Below are positions 10,792 through 21,984 of a stretch of DNA of 64,000 nt, piece after piece. The stretch is from Octopus bimaculoides (Eukaryota). Position 1 is the stretch's first letter. The number at the start of each line of letters is the position of its first letter. A program made the position numbers and the translations under genes. Where the stretch lies: the NCBI RefSeq assembly GCF_001194135.2, contig NC_068994.1, positions 3,156,717 to 3,220,716 on the forward strand. The letters are read 5' to 3'. Below the pieces are notes generated by a model. That model did no database searches, had not been told where the DNA came from, and saw only the letters and a list, made by a program, of their open reading frames with translations.

Positions 10792-11051
10792 NNNNNNNNN
10801 NNNNNNNNNNNNNNNNNNNNNNNNNNNNNNNNNNNNNNNNNNNNNNNNNNNNNNNNNNNNNNNNNNNNNNNNNNNNNNNNNNNNNNNNNNNNNNNNNNNN
10901 NNNNNNNNNNNNNNNNNNNNNNNNNNNNNNNNNNNNNNNNNNNNNNNNNNNNNNNNNNNNNNNNNNNNNNNNNNNNNNNNNNNNNNNNNNNNNNNNNNNN
11001 NNNNNNNNNNNNNNNNNNNNNNNNNNNNNNNNNNNNNNNNNNNNNNNNNNN

Positions 11052-11090
<39 letters not shown>

Positions 11091-12027
11091 ACACTTATAG
11101 AGAGAGGGGGATGGAGAAAAACAGAGTTATAATTCAAAAATCTAGAGTTACAATTTACACATTCTACTTTATATAATGAGTTCTTTCTATCGTTTGTAAA
11201 CACGAACGTTCACGAATTCTAAATTCTACAAAGACACACATATACATACATATCTATTCATCTATCCATCTATCACTCTATTTACACACACACATTGTAC
11301 GGTGTCTAATGATAAATGCAGTGTTAGAATGAAGACTGGAGAATCGATGTACGGTCCCTTTTGTATTGCTGTGCAGGTTACCTTGATCCAACTACAGAGG
11401 GATGTGTGTGTGTGTGTGTGTGTGCATGAGTCGATCTATCGTGTGTGTGTATGTGTGTATATGAGTCTGTCACAGTTAGTGTAACTGTACCAATGTGTAT
11501 CATTGCATCCAAATTGTGTGTGTGTGTGTGTTTCCGATGTTGTTCAACCCCAGGTCTGTTCTAATCGACTTGACATATGATCAGCGGAATATTCCTACCA
11601 TGACTATCTCACTTTATTTCTAGGAATGCTATATCTACAGACTCCATTACCCAATGTGGACTTCCTGTTAAAGAGATTTGGCTGCTACTTCTAGCTGCTC
11701 GAATCACCACTTACAACCCCATCACCACCACCTCTGTGGCTCGTGTATTAATGTTGTGCGTGTGTCTATTTGTCAGTGTGTTTGTGTAACTGTGCAATAT
11801 CTGTATGTATTGATACATCCAAATACGTGTGCGTGTTCCTATATCATGCTTATGTGTGTGTGTGTCTGTATGTGTATGTGTCCGTGTGTGTGTATGCGAG
11901 GGCGATTAAAAAAAGGATTTCAGTGGGGAAGAGGTTTTACAAAATGGTTCTGGGCTGGAATTAATGAATTAGTTATTTTCGAAAGATCCAAGAGAGTCGG
12001 ACAGACAGACAGTGTCAGAAATAAATG

Positions 12028-12082
<55 letters not shown>

Positions 12083-12197
12083 CAGGAGAAAGGATTGAGT
12101 TGATTTTCGAGAAGCCGTGCTGGGTTGATGTTATAGACAAGGTAGGAGCCTAATAAGAGTAAAAAGGACAACAGGTGAGTAAACATTAGGCTGGAGT

Positions 12198-12330
12198 ACT
12201 TACGTAGAAGTAAAGCTGTGAGTTTGTATTGATAAAGAGAACAACAGTAAGACTGGTGAAGACATTCCAAAATCCCGATATTTGATAGCAAGGGAGATAA
12301 TCAACGAAACCGTAGGCGCTTTCTAATTAC
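12198..12330 (-). promoter_or_regulatory. Candidate ZNF-A upstream exon
   Basis: Donor C|GTAAGT (GT 12203-12202) in a CpG-retaining patch. A candidate acceptor TTATTGATTCTAG| at 9749-9748 is in frame with the ATG. Confidence 0.3.
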
Positions 12331-12364
12331 CTCCCTTAGTAAATGTCTATTTCTTTTCTCTCTT

Positions 12365-12405
<41 letters not shown>

Positions 12406-12959
12406 AAGTTTACCAAATAATGGCATAGTCTAACAGCATGCAAAATATCTCTTGTAGAGAATACCTTTCACGATGATTAAGTCTCAAATGTCTTGACTGG
12501 TGCTCTAAAACAGCAATGCTATTGCATCAATGTAACAAGAAATTTACACCAAATTATGTTCTGCACAGCAAGCAAGAAAGGTTAATGCAGAGATGGAAAT
12601 CAAGTAAAGTTAAAACAATTCAAACTTTTTCAATGGCTATCAAGTGTTGGGAAATTTGAAGGAGATGCTCATGTTCCCAAGCCATATTGTAATAATGAGA
12701 CTATACCTTGACATTTTGGCAGAGTCTGATTTCATAAAAAGAAGTTCTTATTAAAAGGGCATTTACTATTCATTTTTCTCTTTGTTACCTGAACAAAGAC
12801 ATATTAGGGAGGGATTCTGTGGAGTGATGGAATGAATTGTCAGATTTGAATGAATAAATGTTATTTTGTGCAGTGAGAACTTTCTCTCCTGTTTGCACAT
12901 CTAAAGCAGACATAAAATGGTGATGATGTTGCATATTCTCTCTGTTTCTCTCTCTTTCG

Positions 12960-12992
<33 letters not shown>

Positions 12993-13261
12993 ACACACAT
13001 ATACACAGCTCGTCAGTAAATAGACACAATCATTTTTGAATGCTTTATTTCTAGAAACCAAATAATGTCATTTGATGCTTTTAAATACTTAATCTTGTGA
13101 TTTAACATTCAGTAGACATGATGCTTTGTGCAGTTTTTAATGATTTAATCCAACTGGGCAGACAAAATGGTATAATAATGGGTTTCTATTTACTTTCAAG
13201 ATGCGCATGTGTGTGTATATATGTATGCATATACATGCATAAATATATATAGCTACCAATA

Positions 13262-13450
13262 TCATCAACATCATCATCGTTTAACGTCCGTTTTCCATGC
13301 TGGCATGGGTTGGATGGTTCGACCGGGGTCTGGGAAGCCGGGAGGCTGCACCAGGCTCCAGTCTGATCTGGCAGTGTTTCTACAGCTGGATGCCCTTCCT
13401 AACGCCAACCACTCCAAGAATGTAGTGGGTGCTTTTTATGTGCCACCGGC
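13262..13450 (-). mobile_element. RTE-type tail copy, CpG-rich and probably young
   Basis: (CAT)n-CGTTTAACGTCCGTTTTCCATGCTGGCATGGGTTGG…GCTGGATGCCCTTCCTAACGCC. Confidence 0.85.
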
Positions 13451-13635
13451 GACGATCACACACTACACACCTTCCTTCCAAGCACTGCTGTAAAAAGTGG
13501 AAGTGAGCTAGAATGTTAAAACTTAGTGCACATTCACAGCAGAGTTCAAGGTCAATCTTTGCCCAGTGGCTTCATGTTGCATACTTTAGCTTCATTACTA
13601 TGGCAACAGTCCGGATACTTATTGATCTGACCTCG
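13451..13635 (-). mobile_element. Mariner 5' terminal fragment
   Basis: The minus strand reads TA-CGAGGTCAGATCAATAAGTATCCGGACTG…, matching both arms of 17458-18278. It is truncated where an RTE-type tail abuts it. Confidence 0.8.
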
Positions 13636-13643
13636 TATATATG

Positions 13644-13699
<56 letters not shown>

Positions 13700-13977
13700 T
13701 ATATATATATATACACACACACACACATATATACATACATGTATATGTATGCATATATAATGTGAGAGAGAGTGGGTAGAGGACATTCTTTAGTTCTTGG
13801 CAAACACTGATGTGCTCTGACATGATGAATCCAGTCCATGTTGTAGAGTTGTTGGCAATAGGAAGGACCTGCAGCCAGGAAAACTGACCCCTAAAACCTG
13901 ACCAAGAAAACAAAGATTAGCAGTTTTCTGTGTTGTTGTTTGTCAGAAGACAAAGGGCTGCAACAAGTCGTGAGATA

Positions 13978-14082
13978 TTGGACAGGAACAAACCCAGCCA
14001 ACCCACATCAGCTTGGACAGGAACAAACCCAGCCAACCCACATCAGCTTGGACAGGAACAAACCCAGCCAACCCACATCAGC
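13978..14082 (+). repeat. 35-bp tandem repeat, 3 identical copies
   Basis: The unit TTGGACAGGAACAAACCCAGCCAACCCACATCAGC starts at 13978, 14013 and 14048. Confidence 0.95.
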
Positions 14083-14117
14083 ATGGAAAATAACACAGAC
14101 GATACACATCAAACATA

Positions 14118-14636
14118 CAAGGTGTGAGCAAACTGTATCAGGACCGGAGCTACAAAAAGAAAAGCACAACACACAGCAATTCAGCATTGGATCTCATTTG
14201 AAGTCGTCCATTTCTGAAGCCACCCACTTTATCCAGCATCATTTCCATTGATGCTAGTATTCCTGGAACTCTTTTGGGACGGTGAGCAGCTGTCTTGTTG
14301 CATTCTCTTAGATTTCCTTGCGGTCTTGAAATCTTTTCCTTTTCAAAGTTTGTTTCCAGGGTCATAGCCATAGACCCAGGATTCATCCCCTGTTATGACC
14401 ATTTCCTCGACACAATCAAGGAGACCCTGCACAGCTGAAACCTGATCTTCTTTTTAAAACGACGACTCTACACACTCGACTTTCAAGCACTGCTATAAAC
14501 AACAGGAGTGAGTGAGAATGCTACAACTTAACATGCATGACACTGTTCAAGGTGAATCTGTGCCAAGCAGTTTCACTCTGTGTATTTTAGCTCCGTTACC
14601 ATAGCAACAGTCCCAATACCTTTTGATCAGACCTTG
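14118..14636 (-). mobile_element. Internally deleted mariner with both TIRs and transposase relics
   Basis: TA at 14116-17 and 14637-38. The left TIR matches the family TIR at 24 of 31 positions. The minus strand encodes VITGDESWVYGYDP (first catalytic Asp motif of mariner transposases) and an NATRQLLTVPKE-like C-terminal segment. Confidence 0.85.
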
Positions 14637-15870
14637 TATCAACCTCCTCAGCTTCATTATCATTTTACATCCGCTTTCCCTTTGGCAGCTATTGATCTTT
14701 TGATAGCTATTGATCTCACAGACTGATGCTTGTCTCCTTTTGGTTTGGTGTTTACAGCTGGATGCCCTTCACATCACCAGCCATGTTACAGAGCCCATCC
14801 AATACACTGTCTCAGGACACCAGCACTAAAAAGCTTGTGAAGTCCTTAGCAAGACAGCACCAAATGAACCTCACAACCTCACACTTTCTCTGCTAATTTC
14901 CCACCTTCTTTATAGTGTGTTCTGGGTGTACTTTTGGTGCACCAGTACAGAGGAGGTTGTAAAGTCCCTGATGGGGACAGGACTGAATATCACCTGGAAA
15001 TGACTATGAAACACCAATTATAATGTAATGTAGAAAAGGAAAAAACCCAAACAAACTGTAACCATGGAGGTCCAACAGCTGTGAGCTTCATGTGGTGGAC
15101 TGTTAACAACAGTGTCATCACAAGTGCAAACCTTATAACAACAGCCATGCCGCAGTCTACCTGGTTGTCAAAGCAGGTTCCAGTCAAATGATTAACAAGA
15201 GGAAGGATACCCAGTTCTCAAGACAATTGCTTCACCTTGGCTGGCATAAAGCGAAACAGATAAAATGAAAATAAAAAATAAGCAAAAGACACTGTTTTCT
15301 AGTGAGTCAGTTGATTAAACTGGTGCATTTTGAAAGCTATTTATTTACATCACCATGACAACATTGAATACAAGGATTAACAAAAGTCTGATTGAACAGA
15401 GATGTACAGCACAACATTCAACAACTAAGATTGGTTCGCACATTTATTTTGGAGGGGGTGGAGAGACTGTTACTGTTGGGAGGGGGGAGCCTGGATTTTT
15501 TTCAACAATATTTATGATTTAATTAACCAGGTACACTATGTTCTCTGATTCATTAAAACAACACTAATAATTACCAAGCTGGAGCACTGCAGAGGAAAGG
15601 TGGAAGAATGCAATTAAATGAACGATCTCGTCAGATTCTACAGATGGAAATGGACAGAAATAGTGGAATTTCAAACCATTTCTTATAAATAATTAATTTC
15701 TGACAGACATTAAAGTAGAAGTGTGTAACGAGATTAACTCTAAAACCTTGGTAGATATTTTAGTTTATAAGCCCCAGAAAGGTGAACAACAAAGTGGATT
15801 CCAACAGGATTTGAACTCAGAACTTAAAATAACTAAATACCACATGACATTTTGGCCATAGTGCCACCAA

Positions 15871-16227
15871 TTCTTATCTTTTATCCTTTGTTTCAGTCTG
15901 TGGCCAGGCTGGGGCACCAGCTTGAAGAATTTTAGTCGAATGAATTGACCCCAGTACTTATTATTGTTTTGTAAAACCTTGTACTTATTCTATTAGTTTC
16001 TTTTGCTGAACTGCTAAGTTACAGAGGCATAAACACACCAACACCAGTTGTCAAGCAGTGGAGGACAAACAGACACACGACAGGTTTCTTTTAGTTTCCA
16101 TCTCCCAAATCCACTCACAAGTCTTTGGTTGGCCTGAGGCTATAGTTGAAACAGTAGATGACACTTGCCCAAGGTGCCATGCAGTGGGACTGAACCCAGA
16201 ACCATGTAACTGGGAAGCAAACTTCTT
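15871..16227 (-). mobile_element. SINE family B, diverged
   Basis: GACACTTGCCCAAGGTGCC…GGGACTGAACCC and the TTTTGCTGAACTGCTAAGTTAC block. Confidence 0.78.
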
Positions 16228-16829
16228 CAAATCATGTTGTAATAATTAACATGAAGTATGGTGACACAAGACACATGTAATGTCTTCTTTTGTGTTCCAG
16301 CAACCTGGATTTGAACCCTACAACAGCTCACTACAATTAGAAGATGGGCTGGAGGGGTAATTCAAAAACCCAGTCTTCAGTTACACAATAATTCTTACAT
16401 TTGTGTGTATGTCTATATATATATACTGAATAATCTTTTTCTGGTTTGTAAACATACACAAATATATATACATGCATAAATATATTCATACACACACACA
16501 AACACACACGCACATATATACAAGGCAAGGAGACAGTAATCACACAGCTAGAATGCTTTGTGATATTCAATCTGGGCGTTTGTACACTGGGTTCAAATCT
16601 TGCCACGGTCAACTGTGCTTTCACCCTTTCAGGGTCAATAAATATAATACCAGTTAGTATGAGGATCGATTCTTCTCCTCTTCCTTTCTTTCTCTACAAG
16701 AAATAAGTTTCTTCAGACCTGGAGAGAAATAGCCCTGACTAACTTTCAAAATTACTCAAGATATACTGTATGTCACAAGAATATGTGTATAATTATATAT
16801 ACACATGCACACATATACATATGTATGTA

Positions 16830-16982
16830 CCATACTTTAAGGTGTATAATGAACCCTTTTTTGTCCAAAAAAAATATGGGAATTTCTTATACATGGATAG
16901 TATCATAATCCCTTACAAAACCTTTTTTCCAAATTTTAAACCCCTTAAAATTAGGGGGTTCCTTATACACTTTAAAATATGG
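16830..16982. mobile_element. TA-flanked MITE, copy 2
   Basis: TA-CCATACTTTAAGGTGTATAATGAACCC … GGGTTCCTTATACACTTTAAAATATGG-TA, giving ~28-bp TIRs. Confidence 0.78.
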
Positions 16983-17457
16983 TATATAATATACATACAT
17001 GTGAGTGTGTGTGTATGTATATATATATATAGTTACACACAAAAACATACATACAGACACAACTCAAAGACATCCAGGATCTGAGCCCCCTGCCTCCCTT
17101 ACAAAGTAAACATGTTCCCCTATTGACTCATGTCCCCACTTTTATATAAATTTGCAAACAGAAATTGACAATGAAGAAGTGTTTTTGCTACATAAATTGT
17201 TGACGAGTGAAACCATAGAAATAAACTGATGAACGCAGTTTTAAAAGCTTTTGAAAACACCCAAAAATGAAGAGACTCTACACTACCAAGTTGGAAACAC
17301 ATAAAATTCTTTAGTTCTTATTATCGGATCAAAATAGACAAATACGAAGATCTAACAACTGTCAGGACTGATGCTGAGACCTAAGTAATTATTCCATATT
17401 ACAGAGTTTCTCGGAATTGCTAAAGAATTTTTTCTCATTCAGTATTTCGTATATATA

Positions 17458-18278
17458 CATGGTCTGATCAATGAGTATCCAGACTGTTGCTATAGTAACG
17501 AAGCTTGAGCACACAGAGCGAAGCTGCTAGGCACAGATTGACCTTGAACTCTACTGTGCATGTGCACTAAGTTTTAACACTCTAGCTCACTTCTGCTGTT
17601 TACAGCAGTGCTTGAAAGGAAGGTGTGTAGCGTGTGATCATCACATTGACCATGACAGAGAAAGTTGAGCAGAGAATCTGCATCAAATTTCGCCAAAATC
17701 TTGGCAATACCTGTTCAGAGGCCTATGCAAAGTTTTCATTGTTCTCGACACAATCAAGGAGACACCGAAACCCATCTTTTTGGTCAACTGAAAGCAGTTT
17801 TGGCACAAACTTAGCAGACACATGACTCATACCCAAATCTTCAGTGATAATGGACTGCACTGAACCGGAACTAATCTTCTGATAACTCACGGAAGGTGAT
17901 TTGATGATTTCCCCTCACAGCTGCACGCACATCTGCGATGTTTTTCTCAGTTCTGCTGGTTGCCGATCTCCCAAATTGTTCGTAAATATCATCATTTATT
18001 TGGCCATCTTGGAAATGTCTGAACCACTCATACACTTTTTGCAGCTTTGTGTAGGCCTCTAGGCAGATATCGCCATGCCAACTTTCCCTGTCATGGTCAA
18101 TGCAACGATCACATGCTACACACTTTCTTTCCAAGCATTGCTGTAAACAGTGGAAGTGAGCTAGAAGATTAAAACTTAGTGTGCATGAACAGTAGAGTTC
18201 GAGGTCAATCTGTGGCAAGTGGCTTCTCTCTGTGTGCTTTAGCTTTGTTACTATGGCAACAGTCCTGATCAGACCTCG
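17458..18278. mobile_element. Mariner derivative made of two inverted 5' ends
   Basis: TA on both sides. The plus arm encodes MTEKVEQRICIKF…; the minus arm encodes …VYEWFRHFQDG…RSATSRTEKNIADVR…LLDCVENNENF. The junction is at about 17729-17734. Confidence 0.85.
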
Positions 18279-18328
<50 letters not shown>

Positions 18329-18804
18329 CTGCAGATGAAGGTTTTTTTATGTTCAGCAGATACAGATGTTATCAGTTGAGAACTTGCTAATGACATTCCA
18401 ATGTACCCTTAAACAAGGCACTTCATTCTACTTAACCCATTTAAGCTAAATACTGAAAGTAGCCAACACTCCCATTTTGTATTTGAGTTGTTTGCATTAT
18501 TATTATTATTATTATTGTTATTATCATCATCTTGTGATGGCTACAGCAATCTGCTTGTCTCAGTAATAGGTGATCAGCCCTCCATTTGGATGAAGCAGAT
18601 TCTACGAGCGAAGATATCTACATGTACACTACGAGTAAACCATGACCAAACTTTCAGGAAGGAAATGGATTGTGTAATGACTACAAATGACAGATGTATA
18701 ACAAGAAAACAATTCTACAGCAAACTGACTGATCAAGGAAATAGTCATTATTAAATTAAACTTGGTATTCAGGACAAAGGTAGGTTCTTTTACCCTTATA
18801 ACCC

Positions 18805-19022
18805 TAACCCTTTCATAGCCATATTTTTAATGAAGTACACCTCCTGGATGTTTCAATTCATCTGGAAAATATTCAAGATGGCGGGCTTTGATAAAATGGT
18901 TAACTTCATCATTATTAAACTGGTGTTTGGAACATAAAATGTTTACCACAAAATTAAAACAGGTCTCGGAGTGGGTTTGTATCATAGAAAGGGCAATTTC
19001 AGGTTGGTATGAAAAGGGTTAA
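18805..19022. mobile_element. (T)TAA-CCCTTT-ended MITE, piggyBac-like, subfamily 1
   Basis: TAACCCTTTCATAGCC … GGTATGAAAAGGGTTAA. The interior is shared with 58931-59110 and 25735-25840. Confidence 0.7.
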
Positions 19023-19339
19023 AAGATGAAGAAAATAAAGACATTAAGGAAGCTACAAATGGTTAATTACATGGACTACATATACTATAATGGTTGGATG
19101 AGGTGGAAAGTATTTCAAAAATAATGATTTTACAGCTTAATCAGTTCTAGAAAGCAATTAGATCTGATTGTCATTCGGTATGAAATACAATGGAAAAGAA
19201 AACTCTGGTGAAGATTACTGCCCTAAATGCTGTTAAATCTAGCAATGTTAATCCAATTACAATCCCAGTAGATTACACACAATCAATCTACATGTAACAT
19301 TAGTTTTCTGTTGCCTAGATACTTGACCATTTTGGTTTC

Positions 19340-21130
19340 TTACAGACATAAATACTTGGTGACTGCCGGAAGGTGATCAATATGTTTCATTGACAAGGAG
19401 ATAGCAGTGTTATTGTTCTGATTCTCTTTGTGTGTTTTGGAGTGACGTCGAAGGGAATCCTGTCGGGAAAATCTCTGCAAGCAAACCTCACATGCGTACG
19501 GTTTCTCTCCGGAATGAGTGCGACTGTGAATTTGAAGTTTATTTCGCTGTGCAAATGTTTTGTAACAGATTTCACATTTAAATGGTTTTTCCCCTGTGTG
19601 TGTTCTCTGATGAACCTGCAAAGTATCTTTGCGAGCAAATTTTTTCAAGCAAATTTCGCAGTGAAATCTCTTCTCTCCTGTGTGCATTCTCTGATGTATT
19701 TTTAAATAATCTCTATGGGCAAACTGCTTCAGGCACATGGCACACTGGTATGGTTTTTCACCTGTATGGGTTCTTTTGTGTTTCTCAAGAGCGTTTCTTT
19801 GAAAAAAAGATTTGGGGCATGCATCGCAATGAAATGGTTTAACACCTGTATGAATTCGAGTATGAATTTGAAGCTTGTCTTTTTGTGAAAACTGCTTTAA
19901 ACAAATCTGACACTGGAATGGCTTCTCTCCCGTATGAACACGCTTATGAATCTCAAGAGTATCACGGCGTGTGAACATTTTATCGCAAAGGTCACAATTA
20001 TACTTTTTTTGCCGTACATGTGTCCCACGATGTACTTGAAGTTTATCTCGTTTAGCAAAGTCTTTACCACAGACATCACAGTGGAAAGGTTTCTCCCCTG
20101 TGTGTGTCCGGCGATGGATTACCAAAGTATCTTTACGTGCAAACTTCTGGATACAAATGTCACACTGATAGGGTTTTTCACCGCTGTGAGAACGCTTGTG
20201 TATTCGTAGGTAATCTTTGTTTGTAAAAGGCTCCTGGCAAATATCACATTGGTAAAGTCTTGCAACAGCCATATGGACCCTTTTATGGGACTGAAGATAT
20301 TGTTTCTGTGTAAAACTTTTGGGGCAAATATCGCATTTGTAGAGATATGGCACTAAGTGTGTTCGCTGATGGAGCTGTAGATGAGCTTTGTTAGCAAAAC
20401 TACTTGAACATAAACTACATTTGTACAATTGACCATCAGATTCGGTTTTGTTATGAAGTCTTCGATGGATACGTAAGTAATATTTCTGTGCAAATTTCTT
20501 GAAGCAAACTTCACATTCAAACGGTTTCTCTCCACTGTGTCTCAGTTGGTGAATTTGTAATGTGTCCCTGCGAGCAAATCTTTGCAAGCAAAAATCACAT
20601 TCAAAAGGTCTTTCGCCAGTGTGTTTCCTCCGGTGTATAATCAGGTAGTGTCTCTGAGCAAATGCTTCTTGGCAGATTTCACACTGGAAGGGCTTCAGAC
20701 CTAAATGAGACCGCTTATGAATCTGTAAAGTGTCTCTACGAGCAAACTGCTTTGAACACATGTCGCAATGGTAGGGCCTCTCGCCTGTGTGAGTGCGTCG
20801 ATGCATTTCTAAAATATATTTCTGAACAAAGTGTTTGCCACAAAAATCACAAAAATACCTTTCTCCAAGATGTGTGGCAACTTTTGAAGAATGGTTCTCA
20901 TCATTCCCCTGTGTTAACATTACAGGGGAGTCTTTCTTCTGGCCCGTTAGGATATCATTGGTATCAATTGTCTGGAATTTATTGCTGTTACTCGCCCCAA
21001 TCATTGTAGTGTTGCTTGTTTTTGCAATAGAGGAAAGATAATATTGTAACTGCTTCGAATCAGCATCAGAAGGAAACACCAGTTCTCCTGTATGTGGCAG
21101 TTTCACAGATGCTCTGACCCCTGCTGCCAT
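19340..21130 (-). CDS. ZNF-B: single coding exon, 17 tandem C2H2 fingers (596 aa from the first ATG)
   Basis: I counted 17 fingers, mostly joined by TGEKP-type linkers. The ORF track starts at a GTG (21187) and the first in-frame ATG is at 21130. An in-frame TGA at 21193-21191 closes the frame upstream. Confidence 0.93.
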   Translation of the reverse strand: MAAGVRASVKLPHTGELVFPSDADSKQLQYYLSSIAKTSNTTMIGASNSNKFQTIDTNDILTGQKKDSPVMLTQGNDENHSSKVATHLGERYFCDFCGKHFVQKYILEMHRRTHTGERPYHCDMCSKQFARRDTLQIHKRSHLGLKPFQCEICQEAFAQRHYLIIHRRKHTGERPFECDFCLQRFARRDTLQIHQLRHSGEKPFECEVCFKKFAQKYYLRIHRRLHNKTESDGQLYKCSLCSSSFANKAHLQLHQRTHLVPYLYKCDICPKSFTQKQYLQSHKRVHMAVARLYQCDICQEPFTNKDYLRIHKRSHSGEKPYQCDICIQKFARKDTLVIHRRTHTGEKPFHCDVCGKDFAKRDKLQVHRGTHVRQKKYNCDLCDKMFTRRDTLEIHKRVHTGEKPFQCQICLKQFSQKDKLQIHTRIHTGVKPFHCDACPKSFFQRNALEKHKRTHTGEKPYQCAMCLKQFAHRDYLKIHQRMHTGEKRFHCEICLKKFARKDTLQVHQRTHTGEKPFKCEICYKTFAQRNKLQIHSRTHSGEKPYACEVCLQRFSRQDSLRRHSKTHKENQNNNTAISLSMKHIDHLPAVTKYLCL

Positions 21131-21767
21131 TGGTAGTTCTGGGTCATGCAGATTATTTAAGCAATAAGACTTTTCACTAATTAACACAGATCATTTAGAG
21201 GTCTGTCAATTGGTATCACTTAAAGGTATCCCTAACTTAACCTGACACAAAAAAGGGCCCCTTTCTTGCAGTTTTCAAAATCAAAATTTTATACCTCATT
21301 AAATATTTCCAGATCCCTAAAAGAAACTTTTTCAGTCATAAATAAATCATAAAATTCCTAGAGTTTCTACAGCAGTCTCAACCAAGACTTTATACTAAAA
21401 CATCAATTAGCAGCAACAGTAAAACACCACTTGACTACAACAATGACAACAACAACAGTAACAAAATCTAAGGTGTATAAGTAGTAGTAGTAGTAATAGA
21501 AGTAGAAAGACTGTTCTCAGTGTTCACAATAAGACCTCAGTGGAATCATAACCAGAAATGTTAGTTCACTGATGATAGTCTTATAGTAACCATTCAGTTA
21601 CATTCAGTATTCTTCAACATGGATCAATCATCAGGCTTAAAAACATGAAAAGAAACACCACTTGATTCCAGTTCTTCATCACAAACTGCCAATATTAAGT
21701 TCTGGGGAGAAAAGAAACAAGTTTTCTGAAAAAGAAGAAAGAAAGAAAAGCGTTATGATAAAAAAGA

Positions 21768-21984
21768 TTAACCGTTTGGCATTCAGATTGCTCTGGCAAA
21801 TGTAAAGCTTATTCATTCACACTGTTTTGAATTAATCATGCATTGTCTCATAACTTCAAAATTTCAGTGGTGTATTTGTATATTTTTGCACTGATATTGT
21901 AGGGTAGGTCTGAGAGGTTAGATCTGATCAGTTTTAACATAAAACGGGTAGAATATTTGGGCCAGATTAAATGTTAAAGGGTTA
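21768..21984. mobile_element. TTAA-CC(C)TTT-ended MITE, subfamily 2
   Basis: TTAACCGTTTGGCATT … AATGTTAAAGGGTTA. Partial copies lie at about 698-791 and 32498-32647. Confidence 0.75.

Noticed and set aside
13978-14082. CRISPR-like appearance of the 35-bp repeat
   Set aside because: The repeats are contiguous with no spacers, and the context is eukaryotic.
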